Virus record (IMG/VR): IMGVR_UViG_3300048890_000030
Span: 1-24,808 of that record
DNA: 24,808 nucleotides
Reading direction: 5' to 3' (one strand)
Origin: a virus
Taxonomy: Duplodnaviria; Caudoviricetes
The position numbers were made by a program, and so were the translations under genes. The notes below the pieces were generated by a model. That model saw only the letters and a list, made by a program, of their open reading frames with translations. It ran no database searches and had not been told where the DNA came from. Positions 1 to 9,362 of this stretch are shown one piece after another; position 1 is the first letter of the stretch; every line of letters begins with the position of its first letter.

Positions 1-1
1 G

Positions 2-598
2 GGCCGGCCGGTGATCGACGAGGACGTAGTTTTCACCAGCATTGCACAGTGCGCGCAGGTTGTGACCGAAAGCCGCGTGCGATCCAATTTCACGGGCGCA
101 CCGCCGCAGTATGTCCGCGATTGGGTCGTCTGCTCGGGCTCTGGCACGCACAACACGGATTTCCTCGGCTCGGTCGTCGTCTATGCGTTGCGGCCGGAAA
201 GCGACGTGGACTTGAATTGGATTCCTAGCGTCGGCGTGGCCGGCTATCCGATCCTGGCACAGTCGCCGCCGGACAACGCGGAATATATCACGGCCGAAAA
301 TCCTCCCCCTGCGGCGTATGTCTGCACGATCACCGATCTTCCGCCGGACGTGACCAGCGTCAAGGGGATCGTCGCATGGGTGCGTGCGGCGAAATCGGAC
401 GGCGGCGATGCCACGATCCAGACGGGGATTATTTCCGACCCGGAAGGAACGCCCGATACTGCGCTCGGCGAGGATCGTCCCATCACGACCGCGCAAACCT
501 ATTGGCGCGACGTGTTTGAAGAGGACCCGAAAACCGATGCGCCGTGGCTTCCGAGCGCGGTCAACGATGCGAACCTGCAACTCAACCGGACGAGCTAA
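2..598 (+). CDS. Virion structural/tail protein, C-terminal part (frame open from the window edge)
   Basis: The frame is open from position 2. The product is beta-rich and acidic, and it lies directly upstream of the tail genes. No specific family recognised. Confidence 0.6.
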   Translation, partial: GRPVIDEDVVFTSIAQCAQVVTESRVRSNFTGAPPQYVRDWVVCSGSGTHNTDFLGSVVVYALRPESDVDLNWIPSVGVAGYPILAQSPPDNAEYITAENPPPAAYVCTITDLPPDVTSVKGIVAWVRAAKSDGGDATIQTGIISDPEGTPDTALGEDRPITTAQTYWRDVFEEDPKTDAPWLPSAVNDANLQLNRTS

Positions 599-601
599 AT
601 C

Positions 602-2410
602 ATGGCGCGCGCTGCAATTCGCTACAAGCCGTTGGCAGGCGCCAGCGTAAACGGGAATGTCGTCAAGCATCAATATGGCGGTGCTTTGACGTATCTCGGG
701 CAGGGGCAATATCGTTTCGATTTCGACGTGCCGTTGACGAACGATGAATACCTTGTGATGGGCGGTTGTGATCGTTCGGCGCTGGTGATCGACCCTAGCA
801 ATTGCGGTTCACTCAACGTCACATTCAAGCATACCGATTACGTGGAATTCTCGACGACTTACGGTAATGGCGCGCTTTTCAATTTTGAGAACGTCAACAT
901 GCTCGTGTGGGACGAGGACGTGGATTTCTATATTCCGGGCGTCTATAAGCCCTTCGCGCTGGCAAATCTCGACGGACGTAACAAGGTTTCCCGCGTCGAA
1001 TACGGTTGTTCGATCACCTATGGCGCGGACGGCGTTTTCACGCTCACCTTCGACACGCCGCAGGCGGACGACCAATATTTCATCACGACTACGGGCGGCG
1101 ACCAAGTGCTTGCGGCGTTGCGTGCTGTCAACACGTCCGCCTACGGCACGACGACCATCGAATTCGGCACGACGAACACCGATGGAAATCTCGTGCTCGC
1201 GGATTATGTCGATATCATGGTATGGCCGGGCGATCCGACCGACTACACGGGCGACTATAAGCCAATTCTCGCGGTGAGCTTCAACGGCATTACGCCGGCC
1301 GTGAAAACCGAATATGGTCTTGCGTCGCTGGTGCGAAACTCGACGGGTAATTTCTCCGCGAATTTCGACGTGACGCAGGCGAACATCAATTATTACATCG
1401 TCGGCGCTGGTGGACGCACGTCCGGCCGTGCGGAGCAATTCATGCCCTGTCCGGGGCAGTATGACGTAGGCTTTGCCCGGCTGGTGACGACCTATGCCAA
1501 TGGCGGCGCCGAGAATTACGAAAACAGCTTTTTCATGGTATGGCCGGAAATTCCCGCGAATTTCCCGTCCGAAGGCGCCGACGACACTCAAGCGGCGGTT
1601 ATGGCGGTCGTTCGTATTCCAGCGCCGGAAGAGAACGTAGAGCAGTATCAGGCGCTCGCAATTATCAATTTCCCGGCGGATTTCGAGGACGTGACCTCTG
1701 TCCAAACGACCGTGCCCGTGCGGCAGTCCTCGCCTATCGAAGTGGAGCAGGCGGGCTTTGCGGTCGTTGCACGCGGCCGGACAGCGAACCCGCAGTTGCA
1801 CGCCTGGACGTTCACGCTCGACGGGCACGATTTCTATGTGCTGCGCCTCGGCGACCGGGAAACGCTGATCTATGACACGTCCACGGAACAATGGGTGGAA
1901 TGGGGCGACCTCGGCCTGCGGTTCTGGCGCCCAACGGTCGGGCAGAATTGGGTCGGTGGCATCCGGCTTGGCACCGACTACGGCAGCAGCGTGATTGCCG
2001 GCGACGACACGTTCGGCCTGCTTTGGGTGCTCGATCCCACGCAGCCGTTCGACCAGCATCCCGATTACCTCAATACCCGGCAGGAAATCTATTTCGACCG
2101 GATCGTCACGGGACAGGTGGTGCAGCGCGGCCGGGAGAATATGCCCTGCTATGCCGTGTGGCTGACAACGGACATGGGCCAGCCGGCCTATACCGGCGCA
2201 GGGGTGCGCTTGGAGCTTTCCGACGATGCAGGGCAGTCCTATGATGATATGGGGCTCGTCACGATCACGCCGGGGCTCTATGAACCCGAATTGGAATGGA
2301 CGAGCCTTGGTCAAATCCAAGCGCCCGGCCGCATTTTTCGGCTCACCGACGATGGCGCCGTGGCGCGGATTGACGGCATGGAAATGAACGATCCAGACGA
2401 TGACGGGTAA
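602..2410 (+). CDS. Tail protein: three tandem ~105-aa beta-sandwich repeats fused to a C-terminal P22 gp10-like (phage stabilisation/nozzle) region
   Basis: Repeats begin YKP at 623, 944 and 1256 and end in M/LVW. The C-terminal motifs FTLDGHDFYVL...TLIYDTSTEQWVE and VRLELSDDAGQSY...LEWTSLGQ...RIFRLT resemble the P22 gp10 family. Position fits P22 gene order. Confidence 0.65.
   Translation: MARAAIRYKPLAGASVNGNVVKHQYGGALTYLGQGQYRFDFDVPLTNDEYLVMGGCDRSALVIDPSNCGSLNVTFKHTDYVEFSTTYGNGALFNFENVNMLVWDEDVDFYIPGVYKPFALANLDGRNKVSRVEYGCSITYGADGVFTLTFDTPQADDQYFITTTGGDQVLAALRAVNTSAYGTTTIEFGTTNTDGNLVLADYVDIMVWPGDPTDYTGDYKPILAVSFNGITPAVKTEYGLASLVRNSTGNFSANFDVTQANINYYIVGAGGRTSGRAEQFMPCPGQYDVGFARLVTTYANGGAENYENSFFMVWPEIPANFPSEGADDTQAAVMAVVRIPAPEENVEQYQALAIINFPADFEDVTSVQTTVPVRQSSPIEVEQAGFAVVARGRTANPQLHAWTFTLDGHDFYVLRLGDRETLIYDTSTEQWVEWGDLGLRFWRPTVGQNWVGGIRLGTDYGSSVIAGDDTFGLLWVLDPTQPFDQHPDYLNTRQEIYFDRIVTGQVVQRGRENMPCYAVWLTTDMGQPAYTGAGVRLELSDDAGQSYDDMGLVTITPGLYEPELEWTSLGQIQAPGRIFRLTDDGAVARIDGMEMNDPDDDG
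623..1555 (+). repeat. Three degenerate protein-level tandem repeats (107 and 104 aa periods)
   Basis: The pattern YKP-x-A...G...YG...G-x-F/Y...FD...Y...G...TT...G...VW occurs three times in the 602-aa protein. Confidence 0.85.
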
Positions 2411-3353
2411 TCTTCAACCTCTCGACCAGAAATTCCCGGTCGTTAAGAACGATGGGACGCCCACGGATTATTTCATCCGTTGGGCACAGCAGCGGCAAAT
2501 CGATATTTCGGGCGGAATTACTGCGGAGCAGGCACAGCAGCTAATCAACGATTGGGCTGCGGCTCGCGAAATCATCGCTGGCGTGGCTTTGAACGGCGGC
2601 GGAAATCTCGCGGCAGACGTGACGATCGATCACGCCGACCAAGCAAATGACGTGGGCACCTTCGGCACTTCGACCAAGGTCGCCCGGATCACGGTTGACG
2701 CGCAAGGCCATGTCACGGACGTTGAGGAAGTGACGATCTCGGGCGGTGGAGGCGGCGGGGGCGGACCTTTTGCGCCGTGGACTATTCCCCTGCTCGCGGA
2801 TTTCACGCCGCTTAACCAGGGCGGGCAGTCCTATACCGATAACCTCAACGGGATCGTTTTTCAGAACCCGGCCGGCATGGGATTTCAGACGCGCGGCCTT
2901 ATCGCCAATGCAGCGCCGCCGGCTACGCCTTGGGACCTCTACGTGCGGATGGACACGAGCCTAGTCGCGGGCGAGGGAAATAGTCGCGTCGGCGTCACTT
3001 TGCAGAATGCCGGCGGGCGGTTGTCGCAGTTTGGTTTTCGCAACGATGGTAACGCCCAACACCTGATTGATATTATTCACTGGAATTCGCCTTCGTCTTA
3101 CGCGGGCGAAGCGACCTATGCCTATTATCTCACCGATGCTACTTGGATACGCATTGAAAATGACGGCACGAACCTGAATTATTATATCGGCGACGGGTAT
3201 AATTGGATGCAGGTTTTGACGGAGACGCTTGCAAGTTGGCTCGGTGCTGTCACGGGTGCAGGGATAACGCTTCAATCTAGCAATATCTCGATGTTCTCGT
3301 TCAATTCCTTTTCCTTCACGGCACCAGCCCCCGGCGGCGGTAGCCCGGCTTGA
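2400..3353 (+). CDS. Tail needle/fibre protein with a C-terminal ConA/LamG-like putative receptor-binding domain
   Basis: It occupies the gp26 position after the gp10-like gene. It has an N-terminal PVVKNDGTPTDYFIRW motif, a Gly8 linker at about 2742-2765, and a beta-sandwich-like C-terminus (WIRIENDGTNLNYYIGDGYNW). Confidence 0.65.
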   Translation: MTGNLQPLDQKFPVVKNDGTPTDYFIRWAQQRQIDISGGITAEQAQQLINDWAAAREIIAGVALNGGGNLAADVTIDHADQANDVGTFGTSTKVARITVDAQGHVTDVEEVTISGGGGGGGGPFAPWTIPLLADFTPLNQGGQSYTDNLNGIVFQNPAGMGFQTRGLIANAAPPATPWDLYVRMDTSLVAGEGNSRVGVTLQNAGGRLSQFGFRNDGNAQHLIDIIHWNSPSSYAGEATYAYYLTDATWIRIENDGTNLNYYIGDGYNWMQVLTETLASWLGAVTGAGITLQSSNISMFSFNSFSFTAPAPGGGSPA

Positions 3354-3390
3354 CAGGATCGGGGATCGGGCATATCACGTCCCGGTCCCC
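3350..3390 (+). promoter_or_regulatory. Putative sigma70-type promoter (TTGACA-N17-TATCAC) overlapped by an imperfect inverted repeat
   Basis: TTGACA at 3350-3355 is a perfect -35 match; the -10 candidate is weaker. GGGGATCGGG (3361-3370) and CCCGGTCCCC (3381-3390) form the inverted repeat. It lies in the only sizeable gap of the late operon. Confidence 0.4.
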
Positions 3391-3454
3391 GCCGCTTCGG
3401 CGCTCACCAGACAACAGGCCCAACGGGGAAATAGGCCAGTCAGGAAAAGAGCGC

Positions 3455-3850
3455 GTGAAGCACGAAACCATCATATCAGCTATCGATACCGCCGCCCTCA
3501 ACATGGGCGTGAGCGGTGCCGCGTGGCTTTCCAATTCAGAGAATATTGCCATCGGCTTCGACAACGGGGACATTGCCCTGTTCGAGCACGAGGGCGACCA
3601 TGACTATCAGGTCCATGTCCTTTTCGCCTCGGGCGGTCGCACCGCGATCAAGCACGTCCGGGAAGCGTTCGGGGCCATGTTCGAGCAGCACGGCGCGGAA
3701 TTGATCTTCGGCCTTGTGCCGGATGAGCGAGGCGACGTGAAAATGATGGCTCGGTGGACCGGAATGAAATTCGCGGGCAAGCGCCCGATCCCCGAAGGGC
3801 AGTGCGAGCTTTTCGTGCTCTCGAATATCATGTGGAAGGGCGGAAACTAA
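3455..3850 (+). CDS. P22 gp14/T7 gp13-like GNAT-fold virion assembly protein
   Basis: Likely GTG start at 3455 after CAGGAAAAGAG. Motifs YQVHVLF...GGR and LIFGLVP...MARWTGMKF suggest a degenerate acetyltransferase fold. Position is between the needle and ejection genes. Confidence 0.65.
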   Translation: MKHETIISAIDTAALNMGVSGAAWLSNSENIAIGFDNGDIALFEHEGDHDYQVHVLFASGGRTAIKHVREAFGAMFEQHGAELIFGLVPDERGDVKMMARWTGMKFAGKRPIPEGQCELFVLSNIMWKGGN

Positions 3851-3851
3851 A

Positions 3852-4589
3852 ATGGGCTTTCTGAAACCGAAGGCGGCAACGTCCACCTCGTCGAGCGAGA
3901 ACGTCAATAACGATCTCATCAAATCGACCTATGGCGGGACAATGCAGCAAGGAACCGGCGCGACGAATTTTCTCGCGCAGCTTCTCGGCGTAAGCCCTGG
4001 CGGTGTGGCCGGCACGGCGAATGCGGTCGGAACCGCTGCCAACGGTGTTGCGCAAGCCGGCGGCGCGCAGGCAGGATATAACAACTATTTGCAGCAGGCG
4101 GGATATGCGCCAGCTATGCGCCAGCTTTCGCAGGGCGTGACCGGCCAAGGTGCTGCGGCGGGCCTGCTGAATTCCGGTTCGACCGCGAAGGCGTTGCAGT
4201 CGCGCGGCACGGAATTGAACCAAGGATTTTTCAACAATTACCTGCAACAGCTTTCCGGGCTCTCGGGCCTCGGCTTGCAGGCCGGTGGGCTCGTGGCGAA
4301 CACGGGGCAGAAGAGCACCGGCACGAGCCAAGGCGGCGGACCTTCCACGCTCGGCAGCATTGCGTCCACGGTCGGCGGCATCGCCTCGATTTTCTCGGAT
4401 CGTCGCCTTAAGCGCGATATTGAGCGCGTTGGGGAATATGCGGACGGCCTCGGGATTTATTCCTACCGTTACGTCATGAACGCGAAGCGCATCCTCGGCG
4501 TGATGGCGGATGAGGTGGCGAAGCTGCGTCCGTGGGCTCTCGGCCCGACACGCGCCGGCTACGCGACCGTGAATTATGGAGCCCTCTAA
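3852..4589 (+). CDS. DNA ejection protein (P22 gp7-like) with a C-terminal peptidase S74 intramolecular chaperone domain
   Basis: The body is rich in Gly/Ala/Gln/Ser (AAAGLLNSGSTAKALQ...FFNNYLQQLSGL). SDRRLKRDI...GVMADEV...GYATVNY from 4395 is the S74 signature. Confidence 0.75.
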   Translation: MGFLKPKAATSTSSSENVNNDLIKSTYGGTMQQGTGATNFLAQLLGVSPGGVAGTANAVGTAANGVAQAGGAQAGYNNYLQQAGYAPAMRQLSQGVTGQGAAAGLLNSGSTAKALQSRGTELNQGFFNNYLQQLSGLSGLGLQAGGLVANTGQKSTGTSQGGGPSTLGSIASTVGGIASIFSDRRLKRDIERVGEYADGLGIYSYRYVMNAKRILGVMADEVAKLRPWALGPTRAGYATVNYGAL

Positions 4590-6016
4590 TGGCGGACCTC
4601 AACAATATCCTGGCTGCGCTCGCCAGCCCGAACACCGGCCTGCCTGATATCAATCAGGGGCTCCCCGCGTGGCTCACCGGCCAGCCGCAGGCGATGCCGC
4701 CTGTCATGGCGCAGCCCGACCCGGCCGCAGCCCCGCCGCCGAATTTCATGCAGCAAGCAGGAGTAACGCCCGATGTTCAACAGCCGGTCCAGCCGCCGCA
4801 GGCACCTCCACCTGTTGATACTGCTCGGCAACCGCGTGAGCGCCGCTCCGTGCTCGATACGCTCGGACGAATTTCGGACGTGCTGGCGAAAGTCGGTGGC
4901 GCGGAAGCCCTGTATCAGCCGACCTTGGATGCGCGCGAGGACCGCACGATTGCACAAGCGGACCATACTCGCGCGGTCGATCTCGAAGGGCTCAAGAAAA
5001 AGCTCGTTGAGCAGCAAATCGGCCAGAACACTACGGCGGACGCAAATCTAGCCGACGACCGGCAGCGCGCAATTCTCGGACAGGCCGTCAAAGGGCTCGC
5101 GGCAATCTCCGCGCGTTCGGGTCCGGCCGGCGTCGCTGCCGCTTGGCCTCAAATGGCGCAGATGCTCGGTCTTGACCAAGCGAAAACCCAAGAGATCGGA
5201 CAGGCGCTCGCCGCCGATCCCGAGGGCACGCTTACGGGGCTGGCAGGCGCGCTTGATCCCACGACACGTTCAGGCTCGCAGGCGAAGGAATTGCAGGTTT
5301 ACGGACTGCTCAAGCAGAACAATCCCGAGCTTGCCGAAAAATATCTCGCCGGGATCGCAAGCGGCAAGGGCGGGCAGGAAATGACGCCCTACCAGCAGGC
5401 ACAAATCAATCTCGCCATGCGTCGGCAGGGTTTCAACGAATATAAATTCGCGAACCCGCAGGTAAAGCCGGACGCAAAGGCGGCAGCGGCGCAGCAGGAT
5501 CAAGTTGCCGCTGCGGAAGCTGCCGTGCCGATCATCGGCGGGTTGAAAGACGCGGTGGAGCGTTTGAAGAGTGCCGGCAGCATGAACGCCCCTGGACAGT
5601 CGGCCGAGGGTCGCGTTGGCGCGTGGGCAATGCAGAACGTCCCCGGCCTCGAACGCATCACGAACCCGGAAGCCTATTCGGCCCGGCAGGATTTCGAGCG
5701 CCTTACGACGCAGGGCATCGGCTCGCTTCTGCCGCTGCTCGGCGGGATCAAGCTCGGTGGCAAGAATATCGACGCCGCCAAAGAGCTTGATACGTGGCGC
5801 AAGGCCATCACCAGCGCGACGGACTATAATTCGGCGATGCGTGCTCTCAAGGGATTTGAGGATCGCATTGAAGAATTGACCAGCGCCCGGCCGGCAGCGG
5901 CTCCCGCGTCCAGCGGTGGCGGCGGTCGTCGCATTCTTCCTCGCGCGTCCACGCGGCGCGCTGCACCTTCCGCTGCGTCAAGTGACGGATGGGGCAAGGC
6001 AACGGTGGTAAAATAA
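4589..6016 (+). CDS. DNA ejection/internal virion protein (gp20-like position)
   Basis: ATG at 4589 overlaps the previous stop (TAATG). The product is helical and Ala/Gln-rich with an MTPYQQAQ motif, and lies between the gp7-like and gp16-like genes. Confidence 0.65.
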   Translation: MADLNNILAALASPNTGLPDINQGLPAWLTGQPQAMPPVMAQPDPAAAPPPNFMQQAGVTPDVQQPVQPPQAPPPVDTARQPRERRSVLDTLGRISDVLAKVGGAEALYQPTLDAREDRTIAQADHTRAVDLEGLKKKLVEQQIGQNTTADANLADDRQRAILGQAVKGLAAISARSGPAGVAAAWPQMAQMLGLDQAKTQEIGQALAADPEGTLTGLAGALDPTTRSGSQAKELQVYGLLKQNNPELAEKYLAGIASGKGGQEMTPYQQAQINLAMRRQGFNEYKFANPQVKPDAKAAAAQQDQVAAAEAAVPIIGGLKDAVERLKSAGSMNAPGQSAEGRVGAWAMQNVPGLERITNPEAYSARQDFERLTTQGIGSLLPLLGGIKLGGKNIDAAKELDTWRKAITSATDYNSAMRALKGFEDRIEELTSARPAAAPASSGGGGRRILPRASTRRAAPSAASSDGWGKATVVK

Positions 6017-8883
6017 TGGCGACGTATTCGATCAAGGCGCCGAACGGGAAAACCTATCGGATCGACGGGCCGGCCGGCGCGGATGATGCAGCCGTGCGCG
6101 CGCAAGTGCTCAAGCAGTATCCCGACGCCGCCGGGCCGGCACCCTCTGCGGCCCCGAAAACCGCGCTTCCTACGCGCACCGCAGCGCCGCAGCCGGCCGG
6201 GGTTCCGGCGTCGTGGAGCCGTGTGCCCAAGGCGAAAGCCGCAGCGATTTTGACGCAGGCCCAAAATTCGATCACCCGGAAGCTTCCGCCCGAGCAGCAC
6301 GCCGCCGCGCTTGAGCGGTTCAATGCCGATCCCCGGATGGCGGCGCTGCGGAAAATCGCCGGGCTGGCCCCCGTCACGTCGCGGAAGAGTGAAATTCGTC
6401 GGGTCGCTCGGGAGGCCGTCGAGCAGGAGCGTTCGGGCTTGGCGCCGGATTGGGCTATCGCGCTCAAGGGCGGCATCACGCGCGGGCTTTTCGGAATTCC
6501 CGAACGGCTCGCTGCTGCTGGCCTCAAATATTCCGGGAATGCCGGCGATCTCTCCTATGATGAAACGCTCGAAGCCGTGCGCGCCAAGACCGATGCGGAA
6601 TTGGCCCTGTCCACACCGGGCAATATCGGCGGGCAGATCGTCGGCGGCGTTGTGGGCGGCGGCGTTGCCGGCAAGGCGCTCAAGGCTGGCGCTGGCCGAT
6701 TGATCGAAGCCGGCACGCCTGCCCTCGCTCGGGCCGGAAATGTCCTGCAATCCCTCATGACCGTGAAAAAGGGTCAAGGTGCCGCCAATACCGGCCGCGT
6801 CGCCCTGGCTGGTGCAACCGGCGGCGGTGCGCAGGCTCTCGGCGAGGGATCGGACGTGACGCGCGGCGCGCTCTACGGTGCCGGCGGTGCTACGGCGCTG
6901 CGGGGCGGCGGAAAAGCCATCGCGTTCATTGGTCGCCCGGTCGGGGATTTCCTCGGTATGACCTCGGCAAAGTCGATCCTGCGGCGCTTCACGTCCACCA
7001 CGGCCGAGGAAATCGAGCGCAAGGCAGCGGAGTATCGCACGCGCACGGGTGCCGAGCCGACCGTTTATGAGCTTCTGCCATTGGAAGATCGCGACGCCAT
7101 GAAAAAGGCGATCTCGCTCATGCCGGCGAAGGCACGGGAAAAGCTCACGGGACTGGTGCAGGAGCGCGGGCAGAATATCGGGCCGGAAATGGCTGCACAG
7201 ACGGGCCGGATTATCGCCCCGGCTCAAGGTCGCCGTGTGCAGGGCATCGCGAACGATCTCGCTCGTGCTCGAAATCCTGCCGCAACGCCAACGCCCGAGG
7301 AAGCCGCTCTTGCTGCCCGTGCGTCCCGCTCGCCGGTCGATCTCGAACAGGTGCGCGCCGACGAGGCTCGCGCGATCATGGCGCCGCACGATGATACCGT
7401 TGTCGCGGCCGATTTCGCCGATCTCATTCCGCAGGCGCCCGTCGCTGGCGGACGTGCCGGCTCCGTCGCGTTCCAGCCGACCGATCCCGAGGTAGCCGCC
7501 GTTCTTCGCTCCGTCGCCGGCACGCGCCGCCTTGGATCGGATATCACCGTGCGGGATATTACCGACATGGTTTCCGACCTTCGCGATGACGTGACGCGCG
7601 GCGGTGCAGAGGGACGCATCGCGCAGCGGGCAATCGACCATCTGCAAGACCAGCTTCCGGCCGAGGCACGCGCCGCAGCGGACCAGATGACCGAGGCGTT
7701 TGCAGGGCGCTCGCGGATGATGGAGGGTATGGCGGAAGGCGGACGCACCCGTTTGCGCCAAGACGTGCCCGTGGGCGACCGCACGGCAGCGCGGAAGGTC
7801 CGGCAGGCGTATGACACGCCCGAGGGTGCATCCGGCCGTGCTATGGGACAGGCTTCGCGCCTCGAACGCGACGTGCTGCAAACCCCGCAGACGACCTTGC
7901 GCGCCGTGGATGAAATCGCCTCGAACCCGTCCAAGCAGGCGGCGATTTCCGCGAACCTCGGCACCGACGAGGGCGCACGCATTGCCGACGCTGCTCGGGC
8001 GCAGGGAGAAAGCGCGCGGAACCTCGCCGGGCTGACAAAGGACGTGCCCGTGAACGCCGAGGCCGAGCTTGGTCTTTCGGATATCGCGCGCTCGCTGATT
8101 TCGATGACGCCCGGCGCGCTGCCGGCGACGCGGCTTTGGTCGCTTAGCCGAATTTCGCGCCTCATGACGCACCTCCCGGCGAAAAAGTCCGAGGAAATTG
8201 TCAACGGGCTGTTTTCGCAAAATCCGGCCGAAATCGCAAAGGGCATGAAATTCCTGAATAACGAGGGCGACGCCGGCCGGCAGGTTCTTCGCGAATTGGG
8301 CGTGGCTCTCGTCGCGGGTGCTCGTGCCGGACAGGTAGGCCAGACGGCAGGCGACCCGGATAATTCGGCCGCTCCGCTGTCCCCGGATCAAATGCCCGAT
8401 GGCGTCACGATCCCCGAGGGTGGCGATATGGGCGATCCCATGTCGGACGACCAAGGCCCGATTGCCGAGGGTGACAGCCCCTATGCAGAGAATTTGCAGC
8501 ACATTTACGACAACGAGGACCCGGATTTGCTGGACCTCGTGGAGCGTGTGCAGGGGCAGGAGAGCGGCGGCGATCAGTCGGCGGTATCGTCGGCCGGCGC
8601 AGTCGGCGTCATGCAGGTTATGCCCGACACGGCGCCCGAGGCGGCGCAGATGGCCGGCCTGCCCTGGGACCCCGAGGCATACCACAACGATGCAGCCTAT
8701 AATAAGCTGCTCGGCATTGCCTACCTGTCCAGCCTGCTCGAAAAATATGACGGCGACGTGGAAAAAGCGCTCGCCGCGTATAACGCCGGGCAAGGTCGGG
8801 TGGACGATGCACTTTCGCAGGGCGGCGACTGGATCGGCGCTCTTCCCGCAGAAACCCAAAATTACGTGGCGAAACTCGGATGA
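6016..8883 (+). CDS. Large internal virion/ejection protein (gp16-like position) with a C-terminal SLT lytic transglycosylase
   Basis: TAATG-coupled start at 6016 (MATYSIKAPNGKTY). The C-terminus QESGG...AVSSAGAVGVMQVMPDTA...ALAAYNAGQGRV...ETQNYV contains the SLT motifs with the catalytic Glu. Confidence 0.85.
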   Translation: MATYSIKAPNGKTYRIDGPAGADDAAVRAQVLKQYPDAAGPAPSAAPKTALPTRTAAPQPAGVPASWSRVPKAKAAAILTQAQNSITRKLPPEQHAAALERFNADPRMAALRKIAGLAPVTSRKSEIRRVAREAVEQERSGLAPDWAIALKGGITRGLFGIPERLAAAGLKYSGNAGDLSYDETLEAVRAKTDAELALSTPGNIGGQIVGGVVGGGVAGKALKAGAGRLIEAGTPALARAGNVLQSLMTVKKGQGAANTGRVALAGATGGGAQALGEGSDVTRGALYGAGGATALRGGGKAIAFIGRPVGDFLGMTSAKSILRRFTSTTAEEIERKAAEYRTRTGAEPTVYELLPLEDRDAMKKAISLMPAKAREKLTGLVQERGQNIGPEMAAQTGRIIAPAQGRRVQGIANDLARARNPAATPTPEEAALAARASRSPVDLEQVRADEARAIMAPHDDTVVAADFADLIPQAPVAGGRAGSVAFQPTDPEVAAVLRSVAGTRRLGSDITVRDITDMVSDLRDDVTRGGAEGRIAQRAIDHLQDQLPAEARAAADQMTEAFAGRSRMMEGMAEGGRTRLRQDVPVGDRTAARKVRQAYDTPEGASGRAMGQASRLERDVLQTPQTTLRAVDEIASNPSKQAAISANLGTDEGARIADAARAQGESARNLAGLTKDVPVNAEAELGLSDIARSLISMTPGALPATRLWSLSRISRLMTHLPAKKSEEIVNGLFSQNPAEIAKGMKFLNNEGDAGRQVLRELGVALVAGARAGQVGQTAGDPDNSAAPLSPDQMPDGVTIPEGGDMGDPMSDDQGPIAEGDSPYAENLQHIYDNEDPDLLDLVERVQGQESGGDQSAVSSAGAVGVMQVMPDTAPEAAQMAGLPWDPEAYHNDAAYNKLLGIAYLSSLLEKYDGDVEKALAAYNAGQGRVDDALSQGGDWIGALPAETQNYVAKLG

Positions 8884-9362
8884 CCGTCGATTTTCTTGGG
8901 GTCGCACCCTTCGCAATTCTTTCCGCTGCGGCAGCATGGGTAGGGCAATTGTGGCTCTACCGCGAGCGGCGGGAGGACAAGCGCAACGAACAGCACGAGC
9001 GGCTGGAAATCCACCGCGACGAATTGGCTTTCGAGCTTCTGAAAAACGCCCGGCAAGAAATGTCGTCGGCGCGGGTAGAGGTTGAGGACCTTCGCGACGA
9101 GGTGCGTAAGCTTCGGGCGATGGAGCAGCATTTCTATCATTTCCAGCAGGCGTTGGATCACCTTGAGGCGTTGCTTTTCCCGCCGTCGCTTGTTGAGCGG
9201 GAATCTGCCGAGCGGGCAGCACGAGCGTTTCTCAATCGCATGAAGCGGCTCAACGAGGCCAAAGGCACGATTGCAAACGAGGTGCAGCGTGCCACGGCGA
9301 AGAACAATTTCGACGGTCGGAAGATCGACGATATCGAAAAAGGAATGGGCAATGCTGACTGA
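8880..9362 (+). CDS. Membrane-anchored coiled-coil protein in the lysis region (holin-like or lysis accessory)
   Basis: ATGA-coupled start, one N-terminal hydrophobic segment (FLGVAPFAILSAAAAWVGQLWLY), then a charged coiled coil. It lies directly before the endolysin. Confidence 0.55.
   Translation: MTVDFLGVAPFAILSAAAAWVGQLWLYRERREDKRNEQHERLEIHRDELAFELLKNARQEMSSARVEVEDLRDEVRKLRAMEQHFYHFQQALDHLEALLFPPSLVERESAERAARAFLNRMKRLNEAKGTIANEVQRATAKNNFDGRKIDDIEKGMGNAD

Noticed and set aside
5824-9222. 1132-aa ORF on the - strand
   Set aside because: It is the antisense shadow of the GC-rich ejection gene, which has clear SLT motifs. It is Arg/His/Gly-rich with no recognisable domain.
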